A DNA stretch of 64,000 nt, from contig WELA01003606.1 in assembly GCA_009602735.1 (NCBI GenBank), positions 80,770 through 144,769 of the forward strand, read 5' to 3'. The position numbers were made by a program, and so were the translations under genes. Positions 26,440-39,400 of this stretch are shown here, one piece after another. This DNA comes from Mesotaenium endlicherianum (taxonomy: Eukaryota). The notes below the pieces were generated by a model. That model worked only from the letters and a program-made list of their open reading frames with translations, was not told the origin of the DNA and ran no database searches. Numbering within the stretch: the first letter of the stretch is position 1; each line of letters starts with the position of its first letter.

Positions 26440-27755
26440 CAGACCCCATCAGGAGACCAGCTCTTGTGCAGGAAATGCACGAGAACACTGGACACTATGG
26501 TGTCAAGAAGACGTATAGTCTTTTAGAACTGTCTTACTGGTGGAGGGGCGTGAAGCGGCAGTGTGAAGCCGCTGATGCCGCTAAAGCCGCTGATCAAGAC
26601 TTGCCAAAGATGCGATCGCGTCAAGGCTGGTTTTGCTCAGCAACATCCACACTTGCAACCTTTGCCGATTGTGGGCCTAGGCTACCGCTGGAGCTGCGAT
26701 CTCGCAGGTGAGCTACCGCTGTCTAAGCGAGGTAACAAGTATATCATGGTCATGATTGAGCATTTCTCTAAGTGGATAGAGGTCGTGCCTCTGACTGCTA
26801 AGGAGAGTCTAGGGACCGCAGAAGCGCTCCTCAATGGTGTGATTGTGCGTCATGGAGCTCCAACTGAAGTGCTGACAGACCAAGGGTCTGAGTTCCAAGG
26901 GTCCTTTCAGAAACTCTTGGATAGATGCTTCATCGATCATCGCACTACGTCTAGAGATCATCCGCAAGCACATGTTCTGGCAGAAAGGATGGTGCAAACC
27001 GTTAAGTCTGCTTTGCGCAAGTTTTGCCTTGAGCATGACAAGCGTGACTGGAATCTGGCCCTGCCATGGCTGGTTATGGGTTACAGATTTAGCAAGCAGG
27101 CTGCCTTGGCGAATTACTCGCCATATTAGATACTGTTTGGCAGAAGTCCAGTAGTGCCCAGCAGCACCAAGCTCGATATTGAACAGGTGAAAGACCTGGA
27201 CAGCCCTGAGGAACTGCTAAAGGTGATGGTACGCCGTAAGGCGTTATTTGAGCGCATGATGCCGGCTGCATTGGACAATCTGAAAATCGCACAGAAAAGA
27301 GATACGCAGCGTTACGCCAGAAGGCAGACGGAAGTTACCGCCTGCAGATGACGCAGATTCAAGAAGGAGACTTTGTCTACCGCAAGCGCCAGACCAAGAT
27401 CACCATAGACACCAGTTCAGGTGCAGTGATCTTACGTGTGAAACATGCGTTTGACAATGGTGTGTTAGAACTGGAAGGTTCTGATGGTAAAACCATGAGA
27501 GACCACGTGCAGAATTGCTCGCTATGCCATTTGCCGAATATTGATCCTACGATTAGGGTTCTGGCCGAGGAATTGGTGCCCGCCACGGCTTGTGCCAGCT
27601 GCAAAGTGCTGGATGATCAGGAAGCAATGGCAACTTGCGATAAGTCTGGTGCTCGTTGGCACACTTTCTGCATTGGCGAAGAAGAGATTATCGCAGGACA
27701 ATGGGAATGTCATGATTGCAATCCTAAACCCCCTAGCCACGGGGCTCAAAAATAA
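26440..27755 (+). pseudogene. F1 copy 2 integrase plus PHD finger (~27591-27719)
   Basis: Same DDE motifs as copy 1; CASC..CDKS-x4-H-x2-C..WECHDC. Confidence 0.9.
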
Positions 27756-30623
27756 TAGCTTTCAGCAGAAAAGGCAGGGACGCCTCAGCTGAAAGGGAGG
27801 GGTGTAAGAGGAATTAAGGCAAGGCAAGTATTTTTGAACTTCCTGCTAAGACTTAAGATAAGCAGATGGTGAGGGCTGAGTAAAGTAAACAAAGCCCTGA
27901 GAGTTGGTCATAGTTGCATGGTGCAAGTTCAGGAGCCCAGGGATGGGTTAACCCTGGTAAGGCTTGTCACCGCCACACGTGCAAAGGTCGATCGACCATG
28001 TTTGCCCGCACGTGAGGAGGGCCACCGACACATCAACCAGGTCGAAGGCACACGTGCTGAAAGGCCACGCACGTGCCGAGGGATTGACACTGTTAGGCAC
28101 GACACGCATCCTCGTGCCGGGCAAAAACATTCAAAGTTTACCATTACACTGATATAAATTAGGTACAATTGTACGCATTGCAGAGGTCGGCAAAGGTCTT
28201 ACATAGACTTGTTTGATAACATTGTCGTGCCTAGCAGTGTCGGTCCCTCGGCACGTGCGTAGCCTTCCACCACGTGTGCCTTCGACCTGGTCGATGTGTC
28301 GGTGGCCCTCCTCACGTGTGGGCAAACATGGTCAATTGACCTTTGCACGTGTGTCGGAGACAAGCCTTACCAAGGTTGACCCATCCCTGGGCTCCTGAAC
28401 TTGCACCATGCAACCATGACCAACACTCAGAGCAACGTTCTCCTTCACCCAGCTCTCACCATCTGCTTATCCTAAGACTTAGCAGAAAATTTTAGAAATA
28501 CTTGCCTTGCCTTAATTCCTCTTACAAGGACGGAAGTCTCTTACTTCTACATAGGCTTTATGCCTTAAGGTTCTTGGGTTCACAAGCGAGCAAATTGTAG
28601 TTTGCAGAATTCACACTCTAAGCAGCTTGACATACAACGTCGGATTTAGAGAAAATTGCCCTTCAGGCTTTCGCTTAACTTTCACAAAGTCACAGCCTAC
28701 AAAACTCTGAAACTACACGTCTATGCTGGCCTGGATCAAGCTCTTCACTTAACACCGCGCCTTAACAGCTCTTTACTGCGAGGCTAGGCTCACTCAGTTC
28801 TTCACTGAGAGCTTTATCTGCCAATACTACTCTCTCTCTTCGAGATGCGAATACGACTTCTGAACTTCAAAACCAACACACAACTCACCATTTTGAGGCT
28901 GCTTCACCCACACTTGTGGCGTTCGGCCGAATCTGTGTTAATCTCCTAGCAGATTCTATTCTGCAGTTCTCCTACTTTCAACAGTGAGATTCCCTCTTGG
29001 GAACTCCTACAATCCTAACTTATCTATGATACACTGAGAAGAATCTTCAGCGTTGGCAGAAGCGTGGGGCCTCGGCTCTCCAATGACCTTGGCAACTCCT
29101 TCTTCTTCTCGCGCCCTTCTTCTTTTTCCTTCTTCTCCTTCTGCTCCTACTGCTTCTTGGCAAAAGTGCGTGGGAGTGAGTGACATGTCTCAGGCAAGAT
29201 TCGTGCCTTCCGCAGGCACCACACAGCGTCATCTTTCGAGAATGCCGTGCTTAGTCACAAAGCTTAGCTGCATGTCGCTTCTGCCTAGCCATCCTCAACC
29301 CAAACTCGTAGTCACTCGGCATGGATGCACACCTCGTGATTGTCGCGCGTGTGTAGTGAAACAGATAGATAAAGTACTTAGTAAAACAGAATACTTTATC
29401 TATTCAAGACAAGGATCTTTGAACACAAGTGGTAGCTTCTTGAAAGAGAGATGGCTTCTTGAAAGTTAATATATTTCTGGATTTTGGGAAGTACAAGAGT
29501 GATTCTCGAATGTCTTTCTATGTTCTAGCTCTTGTTTATATACTTGCTACATAAGTAATTTCTAGGAAGGTGTATGTTGATGTGTTGGCACCCAACACAT
29601 CCCAAAACTTGCCACCTCTTTCTAGAATAATGTACACATGTCCTTTTGACCTAAAAATGGCACATTTGACTTTTGCCACATGGAGTTCTTCTAGGTCTTT
29701 CCTCTAACTTCGAAAATGCCTTGGAAGGTTCAAAGGACATGAACCAAGTTACTAGAGTACCTATTCACACTTGACTCCACACAATACTACTCCAAATATA
29801 TTTGAAAACATTAAAATATATGCAAACTAATATATAATAACTCAAATCACTACATCACCCCCCCGATAGAAAAAGCGACGTCTCGGCGCGTCAAGTCAGG
29901 TCTTACACATGTGGAGCAAACTAGTCAACAGTTTCAAGTCAGATGCCACACATGTGAAGAGGACTAGTCAAAGGCGCCAAGTCAGGTGCTACACATGTAA
30001 GGTAGACTAGGCAAGGTCGTAGGTGGTGTGACCTTATTGGCTAGCCTACTCCTTAATGATAAAGAAAATTGTACAAGTTGGCCCAGAATCTGCCACGAAC
30101 TCAAAAATTCATAGCGGCCACAGAACTGCTCCAAATCTGAAAATTCGAGTGCCAGACGGACCGCGTCGGAGAACTCTACCGGGTCACCAAATTTGAGAGC
30201 ATTCTCATTTCTGGAGTGTCGTTGAGAGCTGAGAGAGTAGGCACTCCTCCAAATCTGTGCAGAAACTTCTGAAAATCATAAGTCCTTCTATACTTCTCCA
30301 AATTCTGCAAACTAAGTCTCAAACTGGGCGCTGTAAGATGTTCTACCAGAGTCTTGAGTTTCAGAGCATTCCAAGTTCAGGGGAGGGCACAATGTCAGAA
30401 GGCATATTCTGCCCTAACAATGCCAGCAGCCTGACCCCCTTCTACTTAGAGCATCATATCTCTCTCACCAGTGCTCCAAATTGAGCAAACTTGGACTCTA
30501 AATGACCGGCTACTCATGGACTACAGCCAGGTAAATTTTCAGAATTTATTATGCAGAGACCTATTACCAGTAGCAGTTTTAGTTTTCTGTCCAGAAACTG
30601 CGAGAAGAGAAGAGTGTCTAATG

Positions 30624-33600
30624 TCAATTTTTCCTCTTTCTTGTTCTTGCAGGCTGCCTCCAAGGGGTCTTCTGCTGCTTCTTGATGGTGGCAGGCTGCC
30701 TCCCTGAAGTCTTTGGGCTTCTAGTAGAGAGACTTGGGGCTGGTCCAAGATGGGGGCTGGCGGCATGGAAGCGCTTCAACTTTCTCTGAACTTTGTCAAG
30801 GTAGTGCGCCGCCACCCAACTATTCTTCGAATCTGGATATCCTTTCCTCTTCATCAAGTATTGCTGTTGTCTCCTGAAATTTCTCATAGCCACTATGTCT
30901 TCCACTTCGTACTCCAAATGATCATCCACTATTGTTGGGGCTAGTGGGGTTGTCACACGTCCTGGGAACTTGTTGTCGGGTTGCACATACGGCTTGAATA
31001 GGGAAGCGTGGAATACGGGGTCGATGTGCATAGTCTGGGGAAGTTCTAGCTTGAAAGCAACGGGGTTGACTTGCTGGATAATCTTGAAGGGTCCCAAATA
31101 CTTGGGAGAGAACTTGCTGCCGGCAGGCCTGTTGTTCAGGGAAATGTTCTTGGATGATAGTAACACGTTGTCACCCACTCTGTACGTAATTTCTCTTCTG
31201 GATCTATTCGCCACTCTTGCTTGAGCATCTTGCGCGTGTTGTAGAGCTTTCTTCGCTGCTGTAAGGGCTGCTTCTAATGTCTCCATAAAATTGGTGGCTG
31301 CAGGTACTTCATCAAGGCCAGCCGTGAAGCTCAGTGGCGTGGTCGGATGGAATCCATAGTTGAGGAAGAATGGGGACTCTTAGGTAGAGGCTTGCGTTGT
31401 GTTGTTGTAGGCAAACTCCAAGGGGGTCAAGTACATGTCCCAATCTTGCTCCAGAGTAGACACGTAGGCCTTTAGAGAGGTCTTTAGAGTACAATTCATA
31501 CGCTCGGTTTGCCCATCTGATTGCGGGTGGTAGGCAGTGGACATATCCAGCGATGTACCCAAGTTCTTGAAGAGATTTTTCCAGAAATGGCTTGTGAATC
31601 TTGGGTCTCTATCTGACACAATTCTTGATGGTAGTCCATGGAGTCGGAAGATGTTGTCAAAGATGAGTCTTGCAAGTTGTGGTGCTGTAGCCTTAGTCGT
31701 CGTGGGAATAAAATGAGCCATCTTGGTAAGTCTGTCCACCGCCGTGAGTATTGCATTATGGCCTCGAGGTGTCACGGGCAAGTCCACGATAAGGTCCATT
31801 GAGATGTCCGTCCATTGTCTTTCGGGGATTGGTAGTGGTTGGAGGAGTCCTCCCGCCTTTTGCGATGATGGCTTGATTCTTTGGCATGTGTCACAGCTCC
31901 TGCAGTACTCCTTGACTTGCTTAGACATGCCTGGCCAACAATAAGTCCTAGCTAGAACGCCCGTGGTCCTTAGGATTCCAAAGTGTCCTCCAAGAGGGTT
32001 GTCGTGTGCTTCTCGTAGAAGCAAGAGCCGGAGGTCTAAGTCATTAGGAACACATCTCTGGCCCGTATCTTGCCTCACCCAATAATTGCCTTCTTGCTTC
32101 TTGCATGGGTCCAAGGCTGCTTCTCCGTTCTTGTAGTAAGGGTCTCTTTCATAGGCGGCTGAAAATCGAGCTTCCAGATCTGTCTTCAGGGATACCATCA
32201 CTGCATTTAATTGCAGTCTTGAGAGGGGGTCAGCCGGGTTTGTCTTGCCGGGCTGGTACTGAATCGTGATGTTGTATTGTTGCAAGTATCCGCTCCATCT
32301 TGCTTGTCTCCTTGAGAGATACGGCTGCGTTTGGAGGTGCTTTAACGCCTCGTGGTCCGTGGTGACCAGTACTTTGCGTCCTTCAACGTAGCAGCGCCAA
32401 ACCTTCAAGGCATGTACAATCGCCAATGCCTCTCGCTCCGTGGTTGTATAATTTTGCTCGGCTGGATTTAGCTTCCTTGACTCGTAGGCGATGGGCTGCA
32501 GTCCCTTGCCTTGGTCTTGAAGCAGGATTGCTCCTATTGCATAGGAAGATGCATCGGTGATGACGTGGAAGGGCCAATCTGGGTTTGGACTTGGGAGTGT
32601 GAGCACCGGGGATGTGGTCAATCTTCGCTTTAACTCTTGAAATGCCTCTTCCTCTTTCTCGGTCCATGTATATAGCCTGTCCTTCTTGAGTAGATCTGTC
32701 AGGGGGGCTGCTATGTGCGAGAAGCCTTGGATGAATTTTCTGTACCAATTGGCAAATCCCAAGAATGACTGGAGTTCTTTCTTGGTCGTGGGGGTTGGCC
32801 ATTCCTCCACCACCGTGGTCTTCTTGGGGTCTATCTTGATGCCATCAGCAGTCACGTGGAGACCTAGGAACTCCACTTCTTGTTTGGCAAACTCGCATTT
32901 TGACTCCTTCGCAAACAGCTTGTTTTGCTTCAATACTTCAAGGACTTCTTTCAAGTGTCTCGCATGCTCTTCAAGGGTCTTGCTGTAGATAAGGATGTCA
33001 TCGATGAATACCACCACAAATCTGTCCAACATGGGCTGAAATATGGTGTTCATCATAGTCATGAAAGTTGCTGGCGCGTTGGTGAGTCCAAATGGCAGGA
33101 CCATGAACTCAAAATGTCCATATCTTGTCCTGAATGCCGTCTTCTCTATGTCCGGTTCTGCGATGCGAATCTGGTGGTAGCCGCTCCGTAAGTCAATCTT
33201 CGTGAAGTACTTGGCTCCAACCAGCCGGTCCATGAGCTCATCCATGCGCGGCAGCGGGTATCGATTCTTGATGGTGATCTTGTTGAGGGCGCGATAGTCC
33301 ACACACATCCTCAAGGTACCATCTTTCTTCTTGACAAATAGCACCGGGGCTCCAAATGGCGACTTGCTAGGTCGAATGAAGCCATGCTCCAGTAGCTCCT
33401 TGATTTGCTTCTTGACTTCGTCTAGCTCCGTGTATGACATTTTGAACGTAGGCCGAGAGATGGGCTTGCTTCCGGGCTCCAACTCTATCTTGTGGTCTAC
33501 GAATCTTTTGGGGGGTAGGCCCTTGGGCAATTCCGGGGAGAACACTTCTTTGTAGTCCTCTAAGACTTCTTGTATCTCCTTGGGAACGGGGCTGCCTTCT

Positions 33601-34289
33601 TGACTCTCGATGTCTTTCTTGATGTCTTTTGGCGTGATCAAGGCCAAAAGAAGCTCGTGTCCCTTCCTCACAAGTCTCTTGAGTTGGAGGGCGGACAATA
33701 GTATCTCGTGTGCCGGCTTCTGGATGTCTTGGGTCTGGATATTCTGGATTGCGCGCAAAATACAGATTCTTGAAGTGATGTCATTCTTGATCTTGATAGT
33801 ACCGGTCCTCCAATCAACTTGGGGGTTGTGCTTGGTCAACCAAGGCGTCCCTAGGATGACGTCGTACTTGCCCAATTGCATGGGGGAGAACACTACTCTA
33901 TCCTTGAAGGACTTGATAGAGAGTGCCAAGGGGTACGTCTTCTTGGAAGGGGTAGTATAGGAGAATCCATCGGGCATCATAATCTCCTCGTCGTGGTCAA
34001 GAGTTCGCATAGTAATACCGTGCTTGGTGGCAAAATCTGCAGCAATGAAGTTGCCTTGAGCTCCGCTATCCACCAAGATGTGGACCTTCTCTCCTCCAAG
34101 GTAACCTCTCAAACTCATTGGGGCTGGAACGTCGTCTTCAACGGGGGTCTCCACCTCACTTGGCGTGTTGCCTTCTCGTGAAGTGGGTCTTGGGGTGGTA
34201 GGCTCCTGGCCTACCGGCGCTGTCCGTTTTTTGACAACTTTTTGGGGCATGAAAGTGCACGATGGCCCTTTTCCTTGCAATAAAAGCAT
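30624..34289 (-). pseudogene. F2 Pol (PR-RT-RH-IN-chromodomain), premature TAA at 31380-31382
   Basis: LVDSGA, FIDD, TDASSY, HHCC and DDE, YEVEDIV..YLMKRKGY..SW; TAA replaces the CAA seen in copy 2. Confidence 0.93.
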
Positions 34290-35491
34290 AGTCCAGCCGT
34301 CATGAGAGCTTCTTTTTCAGCCGGGGAGAGTCTTGCTTTCACTCCTTGCTGGTTTCTTGCATCATAAGTGTCATTGGAGGGTCTTCCACTCTTCCGGGCA
34401 GCCGCGGGGTCCCTTTTAATAACTCCGATTTCCATGGGTGTGGGTCCAGATTCGGATGTGGAAGGGGCTGCGTACACCCGCGTCGTCGGTACCCGTGAAG
34501 ATGAAGGCACGGAGTGCTTGAAATCCAAGGTATCCACCTTTTGGGCCACTTCAATGATCTTTGAGAAGTCCGTCAAGTCGCGTAACTCCACTTCCTTTGC
34601 CACCTTGGGTTTGAGGCCAAAGATGTAGCGGTCAATCTTCTCCTCGAGAGACATGTTGGGGATCTCAAGAGTGAGGGCGTGAAATCTGGATGTATACTCT
34701 TGAACGGACGTCGTTTGCTTGAGATGGTGGAGCTTTCCTCGGGCAATCTTCTCCGCATTGATGGGCATGAATTGCTTCTTGAGGGCCTCACGAAAATCTG
34801 CCCATCTTGCATATGATGGTGGGGGCTCTTGGCCGAGCATGGGGTGCGCCATAGCTTGATATATAGCCGCTTGATAGTTACGCCACCATGATGTTGCTGC
34901 TCCTCTAAGTAAGGTAACGGCAAAGGGAACGTAGTCCTCCTCGGGTACTTCAAGGAATGCGAGGTACGTCTCCACTTGGTAGAGCCATAAATTCAGGTTG
35001 GCACCTTTCCCGGGGTTGAAAGTGTCGGGTTTGCCGGGCTTGATGAGTTTCCTTGCTCTCGTTGGCTCTTGTGGAGGCGCTTGAGCCGGGGCTGGATTTT
35101 GAGCATTGCTCGCAATAGGGGCAACCATGGCAGCCATAGCTTCTCTTGACGCTTGCACGGTTGCTTCATAGGTGGCCAAGCCCACTTGGTTGTGGACGGT
35201 CATTAGGAAGGCTGCCCACTCATTTGCGGGAACTCCTTGTGGTGGGGTCAACTTTGCTATAGCGGCTGCCACGGGATTTGACGGTGCTCCTCCTTGTGGT
35301 GCTTCTTGTTGTTGGAGATTTCCTTGAGTAGGCTCTCCCATCGACGCTGGAGGAGGGTGTGCTCCTCCTTGTGGTGCTTCTTGTTGTTGCAGATTTTCTT
35401 GAGTGGGCTCTCCCATCGGCGCTGGAGGAGGGTGTCTTGGAGAGGAAGGGCTTCCTTCGAAAGCTTGCTGTTGGTCTTGAGGATCGGCCAT
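34211..35491 (-). CDS. F2 Gag (426 aa, CCHC zinc knuckle)
   Basis: Retrotransposon gag signature ([11 protein letters not shown]), [22 protein letters not shown]; same protein as 56339-57619. Confidence 0.92.
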   Translation of the reverse strand: MADPQDQQQAFEGSPSSPRHPPPAPMGEPTQENLQQQEAPQGGAHPPPASMGEPTQGNLQQQEAPQGGAPSNPVAAAIAKLTPPQGVPANEWAAFLMTVHNQVGLATYEATVQASREAMAAMVAPIASNAQNPAPAQAPPQEPTRARKLIKPGKPDTFNPGKGANLNLWLYQVETYLAFLEVPEEDYVPFAVTLLRGAATSWWRNYQAAIYQAMAHPMLGQEPPPSYARWADFREALKKQFMPINAEKIARGKLHHLKQTTSVQEYTSRFHALTLEIPNMSLEEKIDRYIFGLKPKVAKEVELRDLTDFSKIIEVAQKVDTLDFKHSVPSSSRVPTTRVYAAPSTSESGPTPMEIGVIKRDPAAARKSGRPSNDTYDARNQQGVKARLSPAEKEALMTAGLCFYCKEKGHRALSCPKKLSKNGQRR

Positions 35492-36464
35492 CTTCTTGTG
35501 CTACCAAAGTGCCTAGCTCCGATACCACTGTAGTGAAACAGATAGATAAAGTACTTAGTAAAACAGAATACTTTATCTATTCAAGACAAGGATCTTTGAA
35601 CACAAGTGGTAGCTTCTTGAAAGAGAGATGGCTTCTTGAAAGTTAATATATTTCTGGATTTTGGCAAGTACAAGAGTGATTCTGGAATGTCTTTCTATGT
35701 TCTAGCTCTTGTTTATATACTTGCTACATAAGTAATTTCTAGGAAGGTGTATGTTGATGTGTTGGCACCCAACACATCCCAAAACTTGCCACCTCTTTCT
35801 AGAATAATGTACACATGTCCTTTTGACCTAAAAATGGCACATCTGACTTTTGCCACATGGAGTTCTTCTAGGTCTTTCCTCTAACTTCGAGAATGCCTTG
35901 GAAGGTTCAAAGGACATGAACCAAGTTACTAGAGTACCTATTCACACTTGACTCCACACAATACTACTCCAAATATATTTGAAAACATTAAAATATGTGC
36001 GAACTAATACATAATAACTCAAATCACTACAGCGTGGCTGCTTAGCTTCTCAGCTGGCAGTCACGCCTAATTGGCTCATGGCTAAGAACTCCTGAGCAGG
36101 GTGTACAAACAAATGCCACTTGCTCAAGATTCCCAACCGGGCGGCCGTAACCTATCTTGGCATTGCGGCCATGACCTGGCTTAACCTGCCAGTCACACAG
36201 TACCTGACTTGGTACCTGCTGGGCGGCTCATCACTGATCCCCAGCTTCTAGCCTCGCGGCTGTCTATGCTGTCAAAACCTCCCCCATCCCTGGGTGTGGA
36301 GCACATTGACATTGACCCGTTGCCAGCGGTCTTGACGTCGACATAACCGCTGACTGCGAGATAATCAGTCAAGTGGTCGGTGAGTCAACGTTGACTTTCC
36401 GTACCTGGGTAGCCGTAGCTTGCGCTGCGCGTGCGGCACCGTCAAACGGATAGTAGTCGCGACA

Positions 36465-39400
36465 TGCATTTCCGAAGTTTAATTAGTTTGAGGTCGGTTG
36501 ACGACTGTCCTTACTTTGCGGTGAGCGCGACCGTCGGATTGACCGGCAGCGTCGAGCGATCTGGCCCGTTAGATAGAACTCAAACCTTCACGTAAGTTCG
36601 GCTGACGCGGAGTGCCGACTAGGTCGATTTACTTGGAAGTTTTGGTTTAGCCTAGCGCGTCTAAAATAGAATATTCTAGTAATGTCGATGCATGTATGTG
36701 GACGTCAATTCGACCCGACACGTCAGATTAGACCGATCTGGCTTACTCACCAATATTCTGGAAGGGACGATTTGACGAACACTTGGGAAAATCCGTAGCT
36801 TCCTCCAAGGCAGGAGCACTTAGGCAGAAAATTATAAATAGGCATAACTTCTTTGTTTCTTATCAGTTTTCACTTCTGTAAATTTCTACGAGTTTGTAAT
36901 GACAAGGCCTTTCATCCTACCTTATTTGTGAGTAGTTTCTTGCTACTCAAAATGTTGAGTAATTTTCCTAAGCTTTCTTAATGATATGCCGCTGCATTCT
37001 TTAGTATGATTGCAACTAGTTCTTTCCATCGTGACTCACTACGCTTCCACTAGGGCACTCTGCCCCTTTCATCTGGTATCGGAGCTGGACTAGTTTGCGT
37101 ATTATATTATGGAGTCGCAGCCGGCAGCTGGAGGAGGCGAACATGTCGAGCATGTTGAGCGCGCGGGGCAACAGGCAGCACCAACGATGACTAGAGGGCA
37201 ACAAGAGATGCAGGCGATGTTAACGTAAATGGCAAATGCAATTGGAGGAGAAGTCTACGCCCAATTTCAACAAAATATGCGCGCGGAGGTGGAGAGAATG
37301 GTGCGAGTTGTTGTTGGGAATGCCGCTTCCTGTTGTACCACCAATCCATGTCAATCAAGTGGTGCAACCAGTTATTCCACCCGCATCAAGAGTGCGTGTG
37401 CCTAAGCCTGAAGTTTATACTGGAGAGCGTGGATCGCCACCTATTCATCAATGCATTTTTGGAGTGAAGAAGTTTATGGAGTATTTTGTGCTCATGCCTG
37501 ACAGGCAAGTCGCCTTTGTCATAACTTTGTTGCAGAAGAGTGCTGGAGCTTGGTATGAACGAGAAGAGCAGCTGTTTGGAGTTCCTGCTACTGTTGATCA
37601 GCTCTTTGAAGGCTTGAAGAGGCAATTTCAACCTATTGCACCCGAGGCTACTGCTCGAGATCAATTGGTGCGCATTTGTCAACGAGGAAGCGTTCAAGAG
37701 TATGTATCGCGCTTCATCGAGCTGGTGCTTCAATGTCCATCTATGCACGAGTCGGAGATGATGGACAAGTTCAAGAGGGGACTCAAGCCAACTGTGGCCA
37801 AGGAAGTGGCGCTCAAGGACCCTACCAGTCTTGGAGAAATGATGGCATTGGCAACAAGGGTCGACGCTGTGGAGTATAGTCAGAGGAAATGGAGCAACCA
37901 CAACTTTGGAGGACATGGACACTTTGGTTCTCAAGCACCAAGCACAAGTGGTCAAGGTCCAGTACCTATGGAGTTGGGACTTGTCGAGAACCAGCGCACG
38001 CAACAGAATTACAAGCCGAGAGGACCCTGCTATAATTGCGGCAAGCTTGGACATCTGGCTCGTGACTGTCATGTAAAGGCAAAGCAACCTTAACAACAAG
38101 AAAAAGGGGGACGCCAGTAACTCATTCTGGGGTCTCTACTGGCGTGAAGACGAGAACTCACAAGGAGGTTATCCCTAGGAGCCTGACGAGAAGCGAAAGA
38201 CGAGATGGTAACAAGCCTATCATCGTGGAAGGAGTAGTCGACGGCAACAAGGCGAAGTGTATGGTCGACAGTGGCGCAAGTGCAAACTTTGTGCACAAGA
38301 AGCTGGTGAAGGAGTGGCGAATCCCTGTGCGACTTACCAAATAGGCGATTAACAATTAATAAAGATCTTTATATCAGCAAGTAATCTTTATGGTGTTTTT
38401 CGTTAACTGGTTAAACGGCAAAGGACAACACACTAGCAGTGAACAATACTCGTAAATCAAATGCGAGTGAACTAGCATCCATAATGCAATCAGTATACTC
38501 ATACATAAGCAAGGTTAGAAGACAGTGCGTATCAATGGCTTCACGCCTTGGATTCAGATCCCTCTCACTTGCTGTACAAGAGAGTTGGCCTCGTTTCCAA
38601 ATGCCGAGCTCGAGAGCAATGCCTAGCATATGTACATGGAATGAGTTTACTGTTCAACGGCCAGTGAGATGGCACCGCCTACTCGGGAGTTCACCACGTT
38701 GGTAGGACCTCGGTTAACCAAATCCACCCCCATCTCTCATCATCCCAAATCGCCATCCATCATAGGGATGTCATGTGGCCATTCATCTAGCATACCACAC
38801 TTAGATGCATATCGAGGCAGTTCGCTGCTACCGAGTACAGAAGTCAGCTGGCTGTCCAAGAATGTGTCAGCAAGCTGACTTAAGTTGACTTCAGCCTGCT
38901 GCTTCCGGCTGAGTCATTAAACTGATATTAAATATAAAGTCCAACAGACTGATTATTAACTAGAGTTCAGCAGGCTGAACATAATTACCCATTATGTTTA
39001 AATGAATATTATATTTACCAATATACTGATTCATTACACATTATGAGCCTAAGGAGGCAATTTTGGCAAATGGGCAGAGACTCAAGTGTGGTGCACCTAC
39101 GAAAGCTATTCACGTGGAAGTAGCGGGGCACCGGAGTAAGGAAGTTATGGAGCAGGCAGAGTTCGGTCACCATGCGGTGATATTGGGCCGACCATGGCTA
39201 AGGAAAGCCAACCCTCAAGTGCACTGGAGCACAGGACAAGTGAAGGTTTAAGGGCGTGATGGTCGAATGGAGACAGCGAAACAGGTGGAGGTAAATACAA
39301 CCACAAGCAACTGTCTTCTATTGAGCCTACAACTTAAGAAGCAATGCAGGGCAAATCAGATGAAGGAGATGTACCTTGTTTCGTTGGCCCTGGCCTGGTC

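Larger units (their letters stand above)
17494..28104 (+). mobile_element. F1 element copy 2 (A - gag-PR-DNMT-RT-RH-IN-PHD - PPT - B), decayed
   Basis: A 17494-18739, B 27803-28104; flanks GGCA / CGCA (4-bp TSD with one mismatch); no TGG PBS after A; multiple stops and frameshifts. Confidence 0.92.
29352..36031 (-). mobile_element. F2 chromoviral Ty3/gypsy LTR retrotransposon, copy 1
   Basis: 503-bp LTRs 35529-36031 and 29352-29854 (TG..CA), TSD GCGTG, PBS TGGTATCGGAGC 35527-35516, PPT next to 29855. Confidence 0.97.
28223..36464 (-). mobile_element. F1 A-B unit, inverted, interrupted by F2 copy 1
   Basis: rc B 28223-28526; rc A 28527-29351 and 36032-36464; flanks ACAT / TGCA do not match. 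Confidence 0.9.

Noticed and set aside
17494..28104. F1 as a DIRS/Ngaro tyrosine-recombinase element
   Set aside because: No recognisable YR domain; it encodes an aspartic protease and an HHCC/DDE integrase, has a gypsy-type RT, and makes TSDs.
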